Assembly: GCF_000196355.1 (NCBI RefSeq)
Contig: NC_007614.1
Span: forward strand, 1,440,001 to 1,472,000
Source: Nitrosospira multiformis ATCC 25196
Lineage (GTDB): Bacteria; Pseudomonadota; Gammaproteobacteria; Burkholderiales; Nitrosomonadaceae
DNA: 32,000 nucleotides
Direction: 5' to 3'
A program made the position numbers and the translations under genes. The notes below the pieces were generated by a model. It was not told where the DNA came from, did not search any database, and worked only from the letters and a program-made list of their open reading frames with translations. Of the stretch, positions 1-8,039 are shown piece after piece; the first letter of the stretch is position 1, and each line of letters opens with the position of its first letter.

Positions 1-608
1 AATGCAGTAAGCGCGATAATTTTTATGACAACCAGAACTGCCGTAAACCTCGCGCTTTTTGTCGTGCCCATGACCAGCAGCACGGTGACGAACAACGACA
101 CCAGAAATGCCAGCAGGTTGAATCCTCCTGCCGATGGGGTCCCGTCCGCCCCGGCAATCGTGTCCGCCGGTCCTGCCGTCAGGGCAACCGGCAGCCCGTA
201 GCCTATTTCGTTCAGGAAGCCATTGATATAACCGGACCAGCCAACGGCTACCGCTGCTGCGGCGATCGCATACTCCAGAATCAGCGCCCAGCCGACCATC
301 CATGCGGCGAGTTCACCGAACACCGCATAAGAGTAGGTGTAGGCCGATCCTGCCACCGGTACGATCGCGGCAATTTCAGAATAGACAAGGGCGGCGAGCG
401 CGCAGACAAACCCGGCTATGAGGAAGGAAAACATCATGCCCGGACCTGCCTTGTCCGCGGCAACCGAAGTCAATACAAAGATGCCGGTGCCGATGACGGC
501 GCCAATTCCCAGCATGGTCAGATCAAATGCGCCAAGCTGTCGTTTGAGCCCTCGGGTTTCAGCCGACTCCAGAATTTGATCCACAGGTTTGACGCGCTCA
601 AACAGCAC
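1..608 (-). CDS. APC-superfamily amino acid permease (cationic amino acid transporter-like), N-terminal part; the C-terminus lies beyond the window start
   Basis: Absent from the ORF track because it runs off the window. Reverse-strand translation from GTG at 608 gives VLFERVKPVDQILESAETRGLKRQLGAFDLTMLGIGAVIGTGIFVLTSVAADKAGPGMMFSFLIAGFVCALAALVYSEIAAIVPVAGSAYTYSYAVFGE.... This is the typical N-terminus and first TM helices of APC permeases. A GGAGAG SD lies about 6 nt upstream. Confidence 0.85.
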   Translation of the reverse strand, partial: MLFERVKPVDQILESAETRGLKRQLGAFDLTMLGIGAVIGTGIFVLTSVAADKAGPGMMFSFLIAGFVCALAALVYSEIAAIVPVAGSAYTYSYAVFGELAAWMVGWALILEYAIAAAAVAVGWSGYINGFLNEIGYGLPVALTAGPADTIAGADGTPSAGGFNLLAFLVSLFVTVLLVMGTTKSARFTAVLVVIKIIALTA

Positions 609-815
609 AATGTCTCTCCAGTAATAAATGCAAAGGATTTCAGTTGGATTTTAACCGGTTTCGCTCAAGCTCGGCGGTTGCGGGCAAGATCGTTATTTTA
701 AACCAGCAGACCGCCGCAAACCAAAATGCTGTGGGGAAAACGGCCAGGCTGAGGAAGAATTATCGCAGGAATGCGCGGGACGGCGGCAATTCATGGGTCG
801 CCAGAGGAGTGAAGC

Positions 816-2849
816 TCACTGCCTGATCAGCCTTCTGAGCACGTCTGCCAGGACAACAGGAAGCGTTTCCGCCTGCTGCAATACGGCGTAGTGCCGGGCG
901 CCAAACACCCGGGCAAGATATTGCGGCGCCTGCCGGTCGACGGTAATGCAGAACGGATGAATAGCCTGGAGACGGGCTTCCGTCACGGCCTGGCGCATGT
1001 CTTCCACTCCGTAGCGCCCCTCATAGCGATCGACATCGTTGGGTTTTCCGTCCGACAGCAGGATAAGCAGGCGATACCGGGCGCTGGTGGCGGCGAGCAG
1101 GCTGGTGGTGTGGCGAATCGCAGCTCCCGCGCGCGTGTAGAGCTGCGGTTCCAATGCTGCAATGCGGCGTTGCACAAGTATCCGGTCGTTCTCTTCAAAA
1201 TTCTTCAAGGGCCATAATGAGACGTTTTGGGGGCCTTCTCCCGAAAAAGCATAAATGCAGAAAGGGTCACCCAGTTTGGCCAATGCCAGATAAACGAGCA
1301 GCAGCGCTTCCTTTTCAACGTCGATGATGCGCAACTCCTGAGAAACCCAGCCATCGGTCGAACCGCTGATATCGATCAGCAATGCAACGGCAATGTCGCG
1401 CCGCGCTGCTTTTACCGATTGATACAAGCGATCCTGCGGGGGCAAGCCTGCTCGTCGTTCCGCGAAGGCATTCACCCAGGCATTGATATCGATCTCCTCT
1501 CCTTCCGGTTGGCGGTGGTAGCGAATCCGTCGCGGTCGCAGCCCCTCAAGCCGAAGCTGAACTTGCCGCAGCAGGGCGGGGCATCTTGCCACGACGGATT
1601 CTGCCCAGGCGACATCTCCCAGCAATGGCGGTTGAAGCCGAACGATGGCACCCTCCTTGTGATAACGCGAAACGCGGAAATCCCATTCAGGGTAGGCAAT
1701 GCCGTGCCTCACTCCTGTGCCGGGGAGGACGAGCGTCGTCCGTTGATCAAGGGGATCATCCGCCAGCAGGAGTTCGCGCACGGTTTTCGAAGATGAGATG
1801 AGCGGTGCTTCCGGCAGTTCGGACAGGGAATCCGCCAGATCGGCGGCATCAGCGTCATCGTCACGGTCAGCCGGCCGCTGGAGGCCCGCAGGGTCTTCGA
1901 CGTGCTGCTGCGGATCATCCTTCTGCACCATCCACATCCCTTGCATCTGGTCATCCTCATCGGGAGTTTTTTCCCGGGCTTGCGGGCGACGGGAAAGATT
2001 CGCGCTGCGCCCCGGGTTTGCGGCAGGCTGCGTCATATCCCGGAGTGCTTCCTCGTATCGGACAGGTGGATTTCCGGGGGAGGGCGGCAGCATCTTGCCC
2101 CACCACAGATCTTTGGCGCATCCCCGATAGCGAACCGCGGGCATCCTTGTTCGGGTCGAGATCTTCATGCTCATCTCTACCGCCCAGCCAAGCGAATCCT
2201 CGGGCTTCCGCGCAAGACCAAGCGGGGGAGGAATGTCATCCGGACAAGCCTTGAGTACGCCCCAATAAAGTTCTTCCACCGCCTGTTCCATCTTATTCAG
2301 AAGCGCGGGCTGCGGCCGCTGCGAAAGCATCGCGCGGCGTAAGGTCGTAAGGTCATGCCGCAGTCCGGCAAAATGAAGGGCGAGGGTATGATCTGCGGCA
2401 GCAGCTTCGCTCAGTTGGAAAAGATCAAGCGTCAACAACGCATCAGCAGGCGCCATTTGCTGTGCCCGTCGCCGGGCGCGTCCGGCTTGCTGCAGGGCGA
2501 GCAGTCGAAAGAAATGGTGCGGGGAAAGCCCGTTCTGTTCGCCCGGAGGAAGTTGCATGGGCAGGAAAATCGCGGTGCCATCGTTTGCCGGCAACGCGCG
2601 GGTTTCGATCAGATGTCGGGGAATGCGGCCAAACAGCCGGGATAGCGCAGATGGCGGCGGCGGAGGTGGGGCGACCCGCAGCGATACAGCCTGCCCGTGA
2701 ACGGCCGAGAGGAGGAATTCCAGGCGTTGGCGGCAGGCGGACAGCGTGCACGAATTATCCGGCCCGTTGTTGTCATTGTTCCACAGGCGGGATACGAAAG
2801 CAGTGGTGTGGCGGGCAGCATCGATAATGAGCCCTTCAGGTTCAGCCAT
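816..2849 (-). CDS. norD: Nitric oxide reductase activation protein NorD (von Willebrand factor A domain)
   Basis: The track ORF is 816..2924 (702 aa); its TTG start overlaps the norQ stop as TTGA. I prefer the ATG at 2849 (MAEPEGLIIDAARH...) because the first 25 aa of the long form look non-proteinaceous, so the start is uncertain. The C-terminus holds a VWA domain with a MIDAS-like motif (VALLIDISGSTDGW ... LLILLSDGKPND), as in NorD/CbbO. The gene follows norQ directly. Confidence 0.85.
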   Translation of the reverse strand: MAEPEGLIIDAARHTTAFVSRLWNNDNNGPDNSCTLSACRQRLEFLLSAVHGQAVSLRVAPPPPPPSALSRLFGRIPRHLIETRALPANDGTAIFLPMQLPPGEQNGLSPHHFFRLLALQQAGRARRRAQQMAPADALLTLDLFQLSEAAAADHTLALHFAGLRHDLTTLRRAMLSQRPQPALLNKMEQAVEELYWGVLKACPDDIPPPLGLARKPEDSLGWAVEMSMKISTRTRMPAVRYRGCAKDLWWGKMLPPSPGNPPVRYEEALRDMTQPAANPGRSANLSRRPQAREKTPDEDDQMQGMWMVQKDDPQQHVEDPAGLQRPADRDDDADAADLADSLSELPEAPLISSSKTVRELLLADDPLDQRTTLVLPGTGVRHGIAYPEWDFRVSRYHKEGAIVRLQPPLLGDVAWAESVVARCPALLRQVQLRLEGLRPRRIRYHRQPEGEEIDINAWVNAFAERRAGLPPQDRLYQSVKAARRDIAVALLIDISGSTDGWVSQELRIIDVEKEALLLVYLALAKLGDPFCIYAFSGEGPQNVSLWPLKNFEENDRILVQRRIAALEPQLYTRAGAAIRHTTSLLAATSARYRLLILLSDGKPNDVDRYEGRYGVEDMRQAVTEARLQAIHPFCITVDRQAPQYLARVFGARHYAVLQQAETLPVVLADVLRRLIRQ

Positions 2850-2920
2850 GCGGAAACAGTGCTGGAAAAAGGGTATAAGAAAGAACGAGGATTCGCACGA
2901 GGAGGGTTGGCAAGGGAGAT

Positions 2921-3775
2921 TCAATCCAGCAGCGTTGCATCTACGAGGTCTCGCATCGCGGCCACGAGGGCAGGATCATCGGATAATGGAGACACAAGCG
3001 CAACATGACAGGCCAACCGGGGGGGGATTCCGTTGGCGATGAGGCGGGCTGTTGCCACCAGCAGGCGCGTGCTGGGCACTTCGGCGAGACCCCGGTCTGC
3101 CAGGCCGCGGATGCGCCCGCCCAGTGCCACGAGATCATACGCCACCGCGGGTTGCGCGCCACTTTCGTGGATGACGATCTCGGCTTCCCGTTCAGGAGGT
3201 GGAAAATCGAAATCAAGGGCGACAAAGCGTTGGCGAGTGCTCGGCTTGAGGTCCTTGGTTACATGCTGATAACCGGGATTATATGAAATGACAAGCTGAA
3301 AACCTGGGGTGGCCTCGATCAGTTCGCCGGTTTTGTCGATAGGGAGAACCCGCCGATAGTCCGTCAAAGGGTGGATAACGACGACCGCGTCCTGCCGCGC
3401 TTCAACCACTTCGTCGAGATAGCAGATTGCGCCAACGCGAACAGCGCGCGTGAGCGGACCATCCTGCCATATGGTGGCGTTATCGCGTATCAGAAAGCGG
3501 CCCACGAGATCCGCGGCGGTCAGATCATCATGACAGGATACGATGATGAGGGGCCGCTTCATGCGCCACGCCATGTGCTCGACAAAACGCGTTTTTCCAC
3601 AGCCCGTCGGTCCTTTCAGCATGACGGCAAGGTGGCGCCGATGGCATTGCGTAAAAATGCTTACTTCATCGCCGAAAGGAAGGTAATAAGGTTCTTCAGC
3701 CTGCGGATGCGGTCCGTCCTGATGCGTATTTTCTAAAGCGGCGGGCTTGATTAATGGATTCTCCATTATCCCCAT
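2921..3775 (-). CDS. norQ: NorQ/CbbQ/NirQ-family AAA+ (MoxR-class) ATPase, NOR maturation factor
   Basis: 284 aa with Walker A GPTGCGKT and a Walker B-like ICYLDEVVEA. Overall it resembles CbbQ/NorQ. The start ATG directly abuts the norB stop (TAGATG). Confidence 0.9.
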   Translation of the reverse strand: MGIMENPLIKPAALENTHQDGPHPQAEEPYYLPFGDEVSIFTQCHRRHLAVMLKGPTGCGKTRFVEHMAWRMKRPLIIVSCHDDLTAADLVGRFLIRDNATIWQDGPLTRAVRVGAICYLDEVVEARQDAVVVIHPLTDYRRVLPIDKTGELIEATPGFQLVISYNPGYQHVTKDLKPSTRQRFVALDFDFPPPEREAEIVIHESGAQPAVAYDLVALGGRIRGLADRGLAEVPSTRLLVATARLIANGIPPRLACHVALVSPLSDDPALVAAMRDLVDATLLD

Positions 3776-5167
3776 CTATCCGCTAACGGCGGAGTTGGTA
3801 TGAGCGGCCGGCGCAAGATCGGGTGCGGATGTGCTGGAATCAATTGCCGCCACGGACCGGGGCGCAGTTCGGAAAAAATTCCAGATGAACAGGGCGGCTC
3901 CCGTGGCGAATACAGATGCGGTGGCGATCAGCATCAGGAAATGCACCTGCAGTTTCAATTGCGTATCGAGATAGCCGAGGCCGAGGATACGTTCCAGGTA
4001 AACCTGCCCGATGCCAGCCGTGCCGAAGGAGAGTGTCATGCCGAACATTCCCATCACTTGCATCCAGAACGCCCAGTACCCGATACTGCTTCCCTCCACT
4101 TTACGATCGCTGGTGAGGTGGGGCAGGGTATAGCTGACCATGGCCAGCACGGTCATGGCATAGGCGCCATAGAAAGCTCCATGGCCGTGCATGGCGGTGA
4201 TCAGTGTGCCGTGCGTCCATTTGTTGACGCTCGGCCAGGTGTGCGCGAATCCGAGCAGTCCGGCGCCAAATACCGTGAATACGGTGCTGCCGATGGTCCA
4301 GTGCACGGCCAGGGAGTTGGGGTGGGAAAGCCCCGCGCGCCGCATGGCAAAGTATGCATACATTGCCATGCCGAGGAGCGCCACCGGTTCCAGGGCGCTG
4401 AAGAAACCGCCGATAGGCAGCCAATAGTGAGGCACGCCCACCCAGTAGTAGTGATGCGCGGTGCCCAGGATACCGGCCATGAAAACCAGGCCGACGATCA
4501 CGTACAACCATTTTTCCATGACTTCCCGATCGGCGCCGGACAATCGTATCAGCAGATACGCGAGCAGTCCGCCTTGTATCATCTCCCATACGCCTTCCAC
4601 CCACAAGTGGATCGTCCACCAGCGATAGAAAATGCTGACGGTATAATTTTCATATTCGATCAGCGCCGGCAGATACAGGATTGCCGCAAACGCCAGGCCG
4701 GCTACCAGCACTCCTTCGGTAACGGTCCAGCGTCCCGCCCGCTTGATTGTCATAAGGATGTTATACAGGAACATCAGCATGACAATGACAATCACGATCT
4801 TTAGCGGGAACGGTTGCTCCAGCATTTTGTTGCCGGCGGTCCAGCCGAACACATAACCGACAATGGCTGTCACTCCCATCAGTGTCCAGGCGATAAGCTG
4901 GATGTAGGCCAGCTTGACGCTATAGATTTCGCTGCGCGATTCCTCCGGCACCACGTAGTAGGTTGCGCCCATGAAGCCGGTAAGCACCCAGACAATCAGA
5001 AGATTGGTGTGGATGGCCTTGGTTTTGTCGAAAGGGAGGAAATCCAGAAGCGGGTCGGGCCCCAGGTACTTGCTCGCCGTGAGCAGCCCGAATACCAGTT
5101 GCAGGCCGAACAGGCACATGGCGACAGCGAAATACCAGTATGCGATCGACTGTGAGCGGTAGCGCAT
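3776..5167 (-). CDS. norB: Nitric oxide reductase large subunit NorB (cNOR type, heme b/b3-FeB)
   Basis: 463 aa and polytopic. It carries the heme-copper-oxidase-like signatures HTNLLIVW, HLWVEGVWE, HHYYW and HGHGAFYGAYA that are characteristic of short-chain cNOR NorB. An AGGAGAA SD precedes the ATG at 5167. Confidence 0.95.
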   Translation of the reverse strand: MRYRSQSIAYWYFAVAMCLFGLQLVFGLLTASKYLGPDPLLDFLPFDKTKAIHTNLLIVWVLTGFMGATYYVVPEESRSEIYSVKLAYIQLIAWTLMGVTAIVGYVFGWTAGNKMLEQPFPLKIVIVIVMLMFLYNILMTIKRAGRWTVTEGVLVAGLAFAAILYLPALIEYENYTVSIFYRWWTIHLWVEGVWEMIQGGLLAYLLIRLSGADREVMEKWLYVIVGLVFMAGILGTAHHYYWVGVPHYWLPIGGFFSALEPVALLGMAMYAYFAMRRAGLSHPNSLAVHWTIGSTVFTVFGAGLLGFAHTWPSVNKWTHGTLITAMHGHGAFYGAYAMTVLAMVSYTLPHLTSDRKVEGSSIGYWAFWMQVMGMFGMTLSFGTAGIGQVYLERILGLGYLDTQLKLQVHFLMLIATASVFATGAALFIWNFFRTAPRSVAAIDSSTSAPDLAPAAHTNSAVSG

Positions 5168-5175
5168 GGCTTCTC

Positions 5176-5994
5176 CTATTTCAAGGTTTCGAGATAAGCA
5201 ACGAGACTGTCGATTTGTTGTGGCTCAAGATCGACAGCAAAATTATCGGGCATAAACGACTGGCTGTTGGCGGAATACATGGCTCCAGGAACGAGATAGG
5301 CACTGGGATGGGTAATGGATTCGCGAATATAGTCGGTAGGCGTCTTCGCTTCTCCCTTATATTCGGGAGAGGCAATGATCGCCGCCGCACGGGTGGCAAG
5401 CCCGGCGAGAGAGGGTCCTGCCAGGTTTACCCCAGAAGCAATCGAATGGCAGGCATTGCAGGCGGGAGGTGAGGAGCGGAAGAGCGCTTCCCCCTGCGCG
5501 ACCGGATCCGTAGAAACGGAAGCATGGGTTGGAGATTGGCCGACATCGGTACCTGGAATCGTTGTGCCGGATACGATAATGGGACGCGGTGGCCAACCCT
5601 GGTTATCGATATGACCGACCCAATCGAGAAAGGTGATGACCTCGCTGATTTCCGCATCGCTCAGTTTCGGGTTCGGCATCAGGCGCCGGTGCTTTTCCTC
5701 CGAGTAGAACTGGGAAGGGTCCTTCAGGAATGCGGTGAGATAAGGCGTGCCCCGCTGCTGGGTAATCTTGGTCAGATCGGGCGCATAGTAACCTCCCTCT
5801 CCCAGAAGGGTATGGCAGTTGATGCAGTTGTTGTTATGCCAGACGTCTTTTCCCCTGATGATCTCCGGTGTCAGCTTGTCTTCATTGGTAAGCCCGGGAA
5901 AGCGTCGATGACTGTCGACTGTAAGGCCAATGAAGGCGGTGGCGGAAATAAGGGTGCAAATGATAAAAAAAAGCCGTCCCTGTCGTTTGGTCAT
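5176..5994 (-). CDS. norC: NorC (membrane-anchored heme c subunit of cNOR) fused to an additional C-terminal class I cytochrome c domain
   Basis: 272 aa. Residues ~1-150 comprise a TM anchor and the NorC core (IIRGKDVWHNNNCINCHTLLGEGGYYAPDL ... FLDWVGHIDNQGWPPRP). A Pro/Thr/Ser linker follows, then a second CxxCH (CNACHS) with GPSLAGLATR and a distal Met (SFMPDNF), typical of soluble mono-heme cytochromes c. An AAGAGG SD lies 6 nt before the ATG at 5994. Confidence 0.9.
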   Translation of the reverse strand: MTKRQGRLFFIICTLISATAFIGLTVDSHRRFPGLTNEDKLTPEIIRGKDVWHNNNCINCHTLLGEGGYYAPDLTKITQQRGTPYLTAFLKDPSQFYSEEKHRRLMPNPKLSDAEISEVITFLDWVGHIDNQGWPPRPIIVSGTTIPGTDVGQSPTHASVSTDPVAQGEALFRSSPPACNACHSIASGVNLAGPSLAGLATRAAAIIASPEYKGEAKTPTDYIRESITHPSAYLVPGAMYSANSQSFMPDNFAVDLEPQQIDSLVAYLETLK

Positions 5995-6040
5995 CGATAC
6001 CTCTTTGAAATGTTAGAGACGAGTACTGCTACGGCAGAGT

Positions 6041-6172
6041 TTATACGCTGATGCCGTACCAGTTCTTGAGCGAGATCAGGGCGGCGTAGGTTATCGCCAG
6101 CGCGATTGATATGATTACGACGATACTTAGGATTTTGAAGGGAAGAAAATAGCGGGGTGTGCGTGGCAGCAT
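6041..6172 (-). CDS. Candidate 43-aa single-pass membrane protein upstream of norC (hypothetical)
   Basis: An internal ATG of track ORF 6041..6448 gives MLPRTPRYFLPFKILSIVVIISIALAITYAALISLKNWYGISV. It has one clear hydrophobic helix, a GGAG SD 7 nt upstream (CTGGAGTTGTCATG), and ends 47 nt before the norC start on the same strand. Confidence 0.4.
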   Translation of the reverse strand: MLPRTPRYFLPFKILSIVVIISIALAITYAALISLKNWYGISV

Positions 6173-6328
6173 GACAACTCCAGGTTTTACTATGGGGAAG
6201 TGGTGCGAGGAATCCGGCTTCTGTTGGATTTGGAACTCTAATCCATAGAATAGTATAAATGGGGAAAGTTTTGTTGACGCCGGGCAGGTCTGCCATCTCT
6301 TTTGCCGGATGGATCTGGAGCAAGGGGG

Positions 6329-6357
6329 TAAGGGATTTGGGGATTTAAGGGATTTGG
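6329..6357. repeat. Exact 12-bp direct repeat TAAGGGATTTGG x2 (17-bp period) in the nor-upstream intergenic region
   Basis: TAAGGGATTTGG occurs at 6329-6340 and 6346-6357, read directly. A further GGATTTGG lies at 6226-6233, with AATCC/GGATT/AATCC half-sites at 6211-6244. Confidence 0.85.
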
Positions 6358-6479
6358 CTCGAATGGGAGCATGAGTTGGTAATGAACGTTTGCTATCCCG
6401 CTCCTCTCCAACTGAAGAGAGAGAACGTCGATATACGTTTGTTCGCAATTATCATCGTCGGTTTACTTATGGAGGAAAT

Positions 6480-6680
6480 ATGAATACTGACTATAAAGGA
6501 TACACGATCATTACTGCACCGGAGCGGGACGATCCCAGCGGTCTCTGGAATGGCCGCTACAGGATAATGGACGATGAAGGCATAGTGGTTTACGAAAGCT
6601 TCGTGGAGCCTTTGCGCGACGAAGACAAGGCATATGAGGCAGCTAATGCGGCGGCCCGTGCGTGGATAGACGGGCAGTAA
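6480..6680 (+). CDS. Small hypothetical protein (66 aa)
   Basis: An internal ATG of track ORF 6390..6680 is preceded by GGAGGAAAT. The product MNTDYKGYTIITAPERDDPSGLWNGRYRIMDDEGIVVYESFVEPLRDEDKAYEAANAAARAWIDGQ looks like a compact globular protein. I do not recognise a family. Confidence 0.55.
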   Translation: MNTDYKGYTIITAPERDDPSGLWNGRYRIMDDEGIVVYESFVEPLRDEDKAYEAANAAARAWIDGQ

Positions 6681-7003
6681 ATTAAGGCCTCCGGCAAATC
6701 CGTCGTTCCAGTCGATCAGCACATCCCCGTGATCGGGTACGCCGTGTATAGCTGAAGCCTCTGGGCGGCGCACTACCTCGGGGGTCAGGATGGTGGATAG
6801 CGACTTGCTTGAGCAAGTAAAACTAACCGACCTCGACGATAGGTTTCCCACATCTGCAATACCCGGCATCGTACTGTTCGATGACGTACGGATGATTTGC
6901 GATCCTCCTGATCTAATAACCAGGGTGTTTTTTGCCACGGTTCCTTTTCTCACAGCCCGGCGCTTATTCATAGTCATTTGTTTTTCATAAGGAGATCCAT
7001 TCT

Positions 7004-7291
7004 ATGAATAAAAAACCGTTTGTTGCGATTTTCTTGTCCATTCTCCTGGCATTTTCAGGCTCGGTTTTTGCCGATGAGGATGAAGAAGTTCAATGGGACG
7101 ATGTTCCCCCTGCAGTTCAGAAAACGATAACTGAAAACATGAACGGGGGCATAATCGAGGAGATCGAGAAAGAAACTGAAAGGATAAGTGGCAGGAAGAC
7201 AAGAATTTATGAGGCTGGTGTCAGGCTGCCCGACGGAAAGAAGATCGAGATCAAGGTTGGCAAGGATGGGAAGCTTATCGACAAAGATTGA
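7004..7291 (+). CDS. Small periplasmic PepSY-like (BLIP-like) domain protein
   Basis: 95 aa with signal peptide MNKKPFVAIFLSILLAFSGSVFA. It shows the VPPAVQKTITENMNGGIIEEIEKE ... YEAGVRLPDGKKIEIKVGKDGKLI pattern typical of PepSY-like domains. An AAGGAG SD is present. Confidence 0.75.
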   Translation: MNKKPFVAIFLSILLAFSGSVFADEDEEVQWDDVPPAVQKTITENMNGGIIEEIEKETERISGRKTRIYEAGVRLPDGKKIEIKVGKDGKLIDKD

Positions 7292-7365
7292 TCAGGGGCT
7301 TTTATATTCTGCCTTTGAGTTCACACGGACTGCTATCAGTCATATTAGTCATTCCAAATGAAGAA

Positions 7366-7395
7366 CCTTGTGGACCAATAGCACTGTCCACAAGG
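7366..7395 (+). terminator. Perfect 10-bp inverted repeat (CCTTGTGGAC-N10-GTCCACAAGG), possible terminator of the PepSY-like gene
   Basis: Read directly. The stem is followed by TTTCT and lies about 75 nt downstream of the stop at 7291. The U-tract is weak. Confidence 0.35.
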
Positions 7396-7536
7396 TTTCT
7401 ACACCTTATGGATTTGTCTACACAAACGCATCTTCCTGATATGATTTTCAGCTTGACAGCTTGAAGATGCCTACTTTTGATTGCCCTTTTTTGCCTCGTC
7501 AAGACAACCTCAAGAAATCCCGGACAGGAAATTAAT

Positions 7537-7641
7537 CTATCGCGCAATAAATCCCTTTCTCCGCCGGACCATCGTTCCCATCAATCCCAAGCCAGCGAGC
7601 AGTATAGCGTAAGTTTCCGGTTCGGAAACCGGGGAGAAAGA
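7537..7641 (-). pseudogene. Orphan PEP-CTERM sorting-signal remnant (3' relic of a PEP-CTERM protein gene)
   Basis: The reverse-strand frame reads PSFSPVSEPETYAILLAGLGLMGTMVRRRKGFIAR*. This is a full PEP motif, hydrophobic helix and Arg cluster, very like the tails at 8040 and 12358. A TAA sits immediately 5' of it in frame, with no start codon or mature domain. Confidence 0.6.
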
Positions 7642-7999
7642 GGGTTAACGCCAGTATCAGTATAAGAAAGCTCTATTCTGGATTTTTTCCCGGCTTTTCT
7701 TCCGGTAACCGCAAAACAGGAAAAACCAGGAATATCGAGAAAAGCCAGAAAAGGAACATAGATTCTCCATTGCTGCTGGGTCCTCCTTTCCCGGCAGCTT
7801 TTAGTCCGCCAGGCCACTATCAGGCAGGTCAGCCATATTTTTATTCCAGAGTCTGCTGGCGATCACCGGCAGGCTTTCTCATGATATATCCAGAGAAAAC
7901 AGGAGCGGGTGACGTCTGTCCAAGTGAGCCGGAGCAATGATGAGGAACAGAAGCAGATGAAGAGTGGGGAAAAAGATTGGGGTAGATTGTGTCGGGATA

Positions 8000-8019
8000 G
8001 CCCCTCCCGGAGGAGGGGC
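8000..8019 (-). terminator. GC-rich hairpin (GCCCCTCC-CGGA-GGAGGGGC) 20 nt downstream of the PEP-CTERM gene stop
   Basis: An 8-bp stem with a tetraloop, read directly. There is no clear U-tract, so the terminator role is tentative. Confidence 0.35.
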
Positions 8020-8039
8020 GGCGCCAGAGCCAGATCAGT

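Noticed and set aside
644-826. 60-aa ORF between the permease and norD
   Set aside because: It lies in the promoter and 5' leader region of the permease gene. It has no SD, is Arg/Asn/Ala-rich, and overlaps the norD stop.
3800-4804. 334-aa ORF antisense to norB, plus the many smaller ORFs overlapping norD, norQ and norC
   Set aside because: They lie opposite or out of frame to confidently identified nor genes. Their composition is Arg/Gly/His-rich and non-protein-like.
5995-6330. FNR/DNR/NnrR (TTGAT-N4-ATCAA) or NsrR palindrome upstream of the nor operon
   Set aside because: I found no acceptable match. The closest candidates (CTGCCCGGCGTCAAC on the nor strand, and CCAT-N12-ATGG at 6243-6262) do not fit the consensus half-sites.
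6393-6977. 194-aa minus-strand ORF, and the 66-aa plus-strand ORF at 6790..6990, in the gap between the 6480 gene and the PepSY-like gene
   Set aside because: The long ORF overlaps the better-supported plus-strand gene 6480..6680 and is Ser/Arg-rich. A faint resemblance of GGSQIIR to AbrB/VapB-type antitoxins (GNSQAVRIP) is too weak, and no toxin partner exists. I treat 6681..7003 as intergenic.
7302-7547. 81-aa minus-strand ORF downstream of the PEP-CTERM relic
   Set aside because: It has no SD, is Cys/Arg-rich, and spans the 10-bp inverted repeat at 7366-7395. It is probably non-coding.
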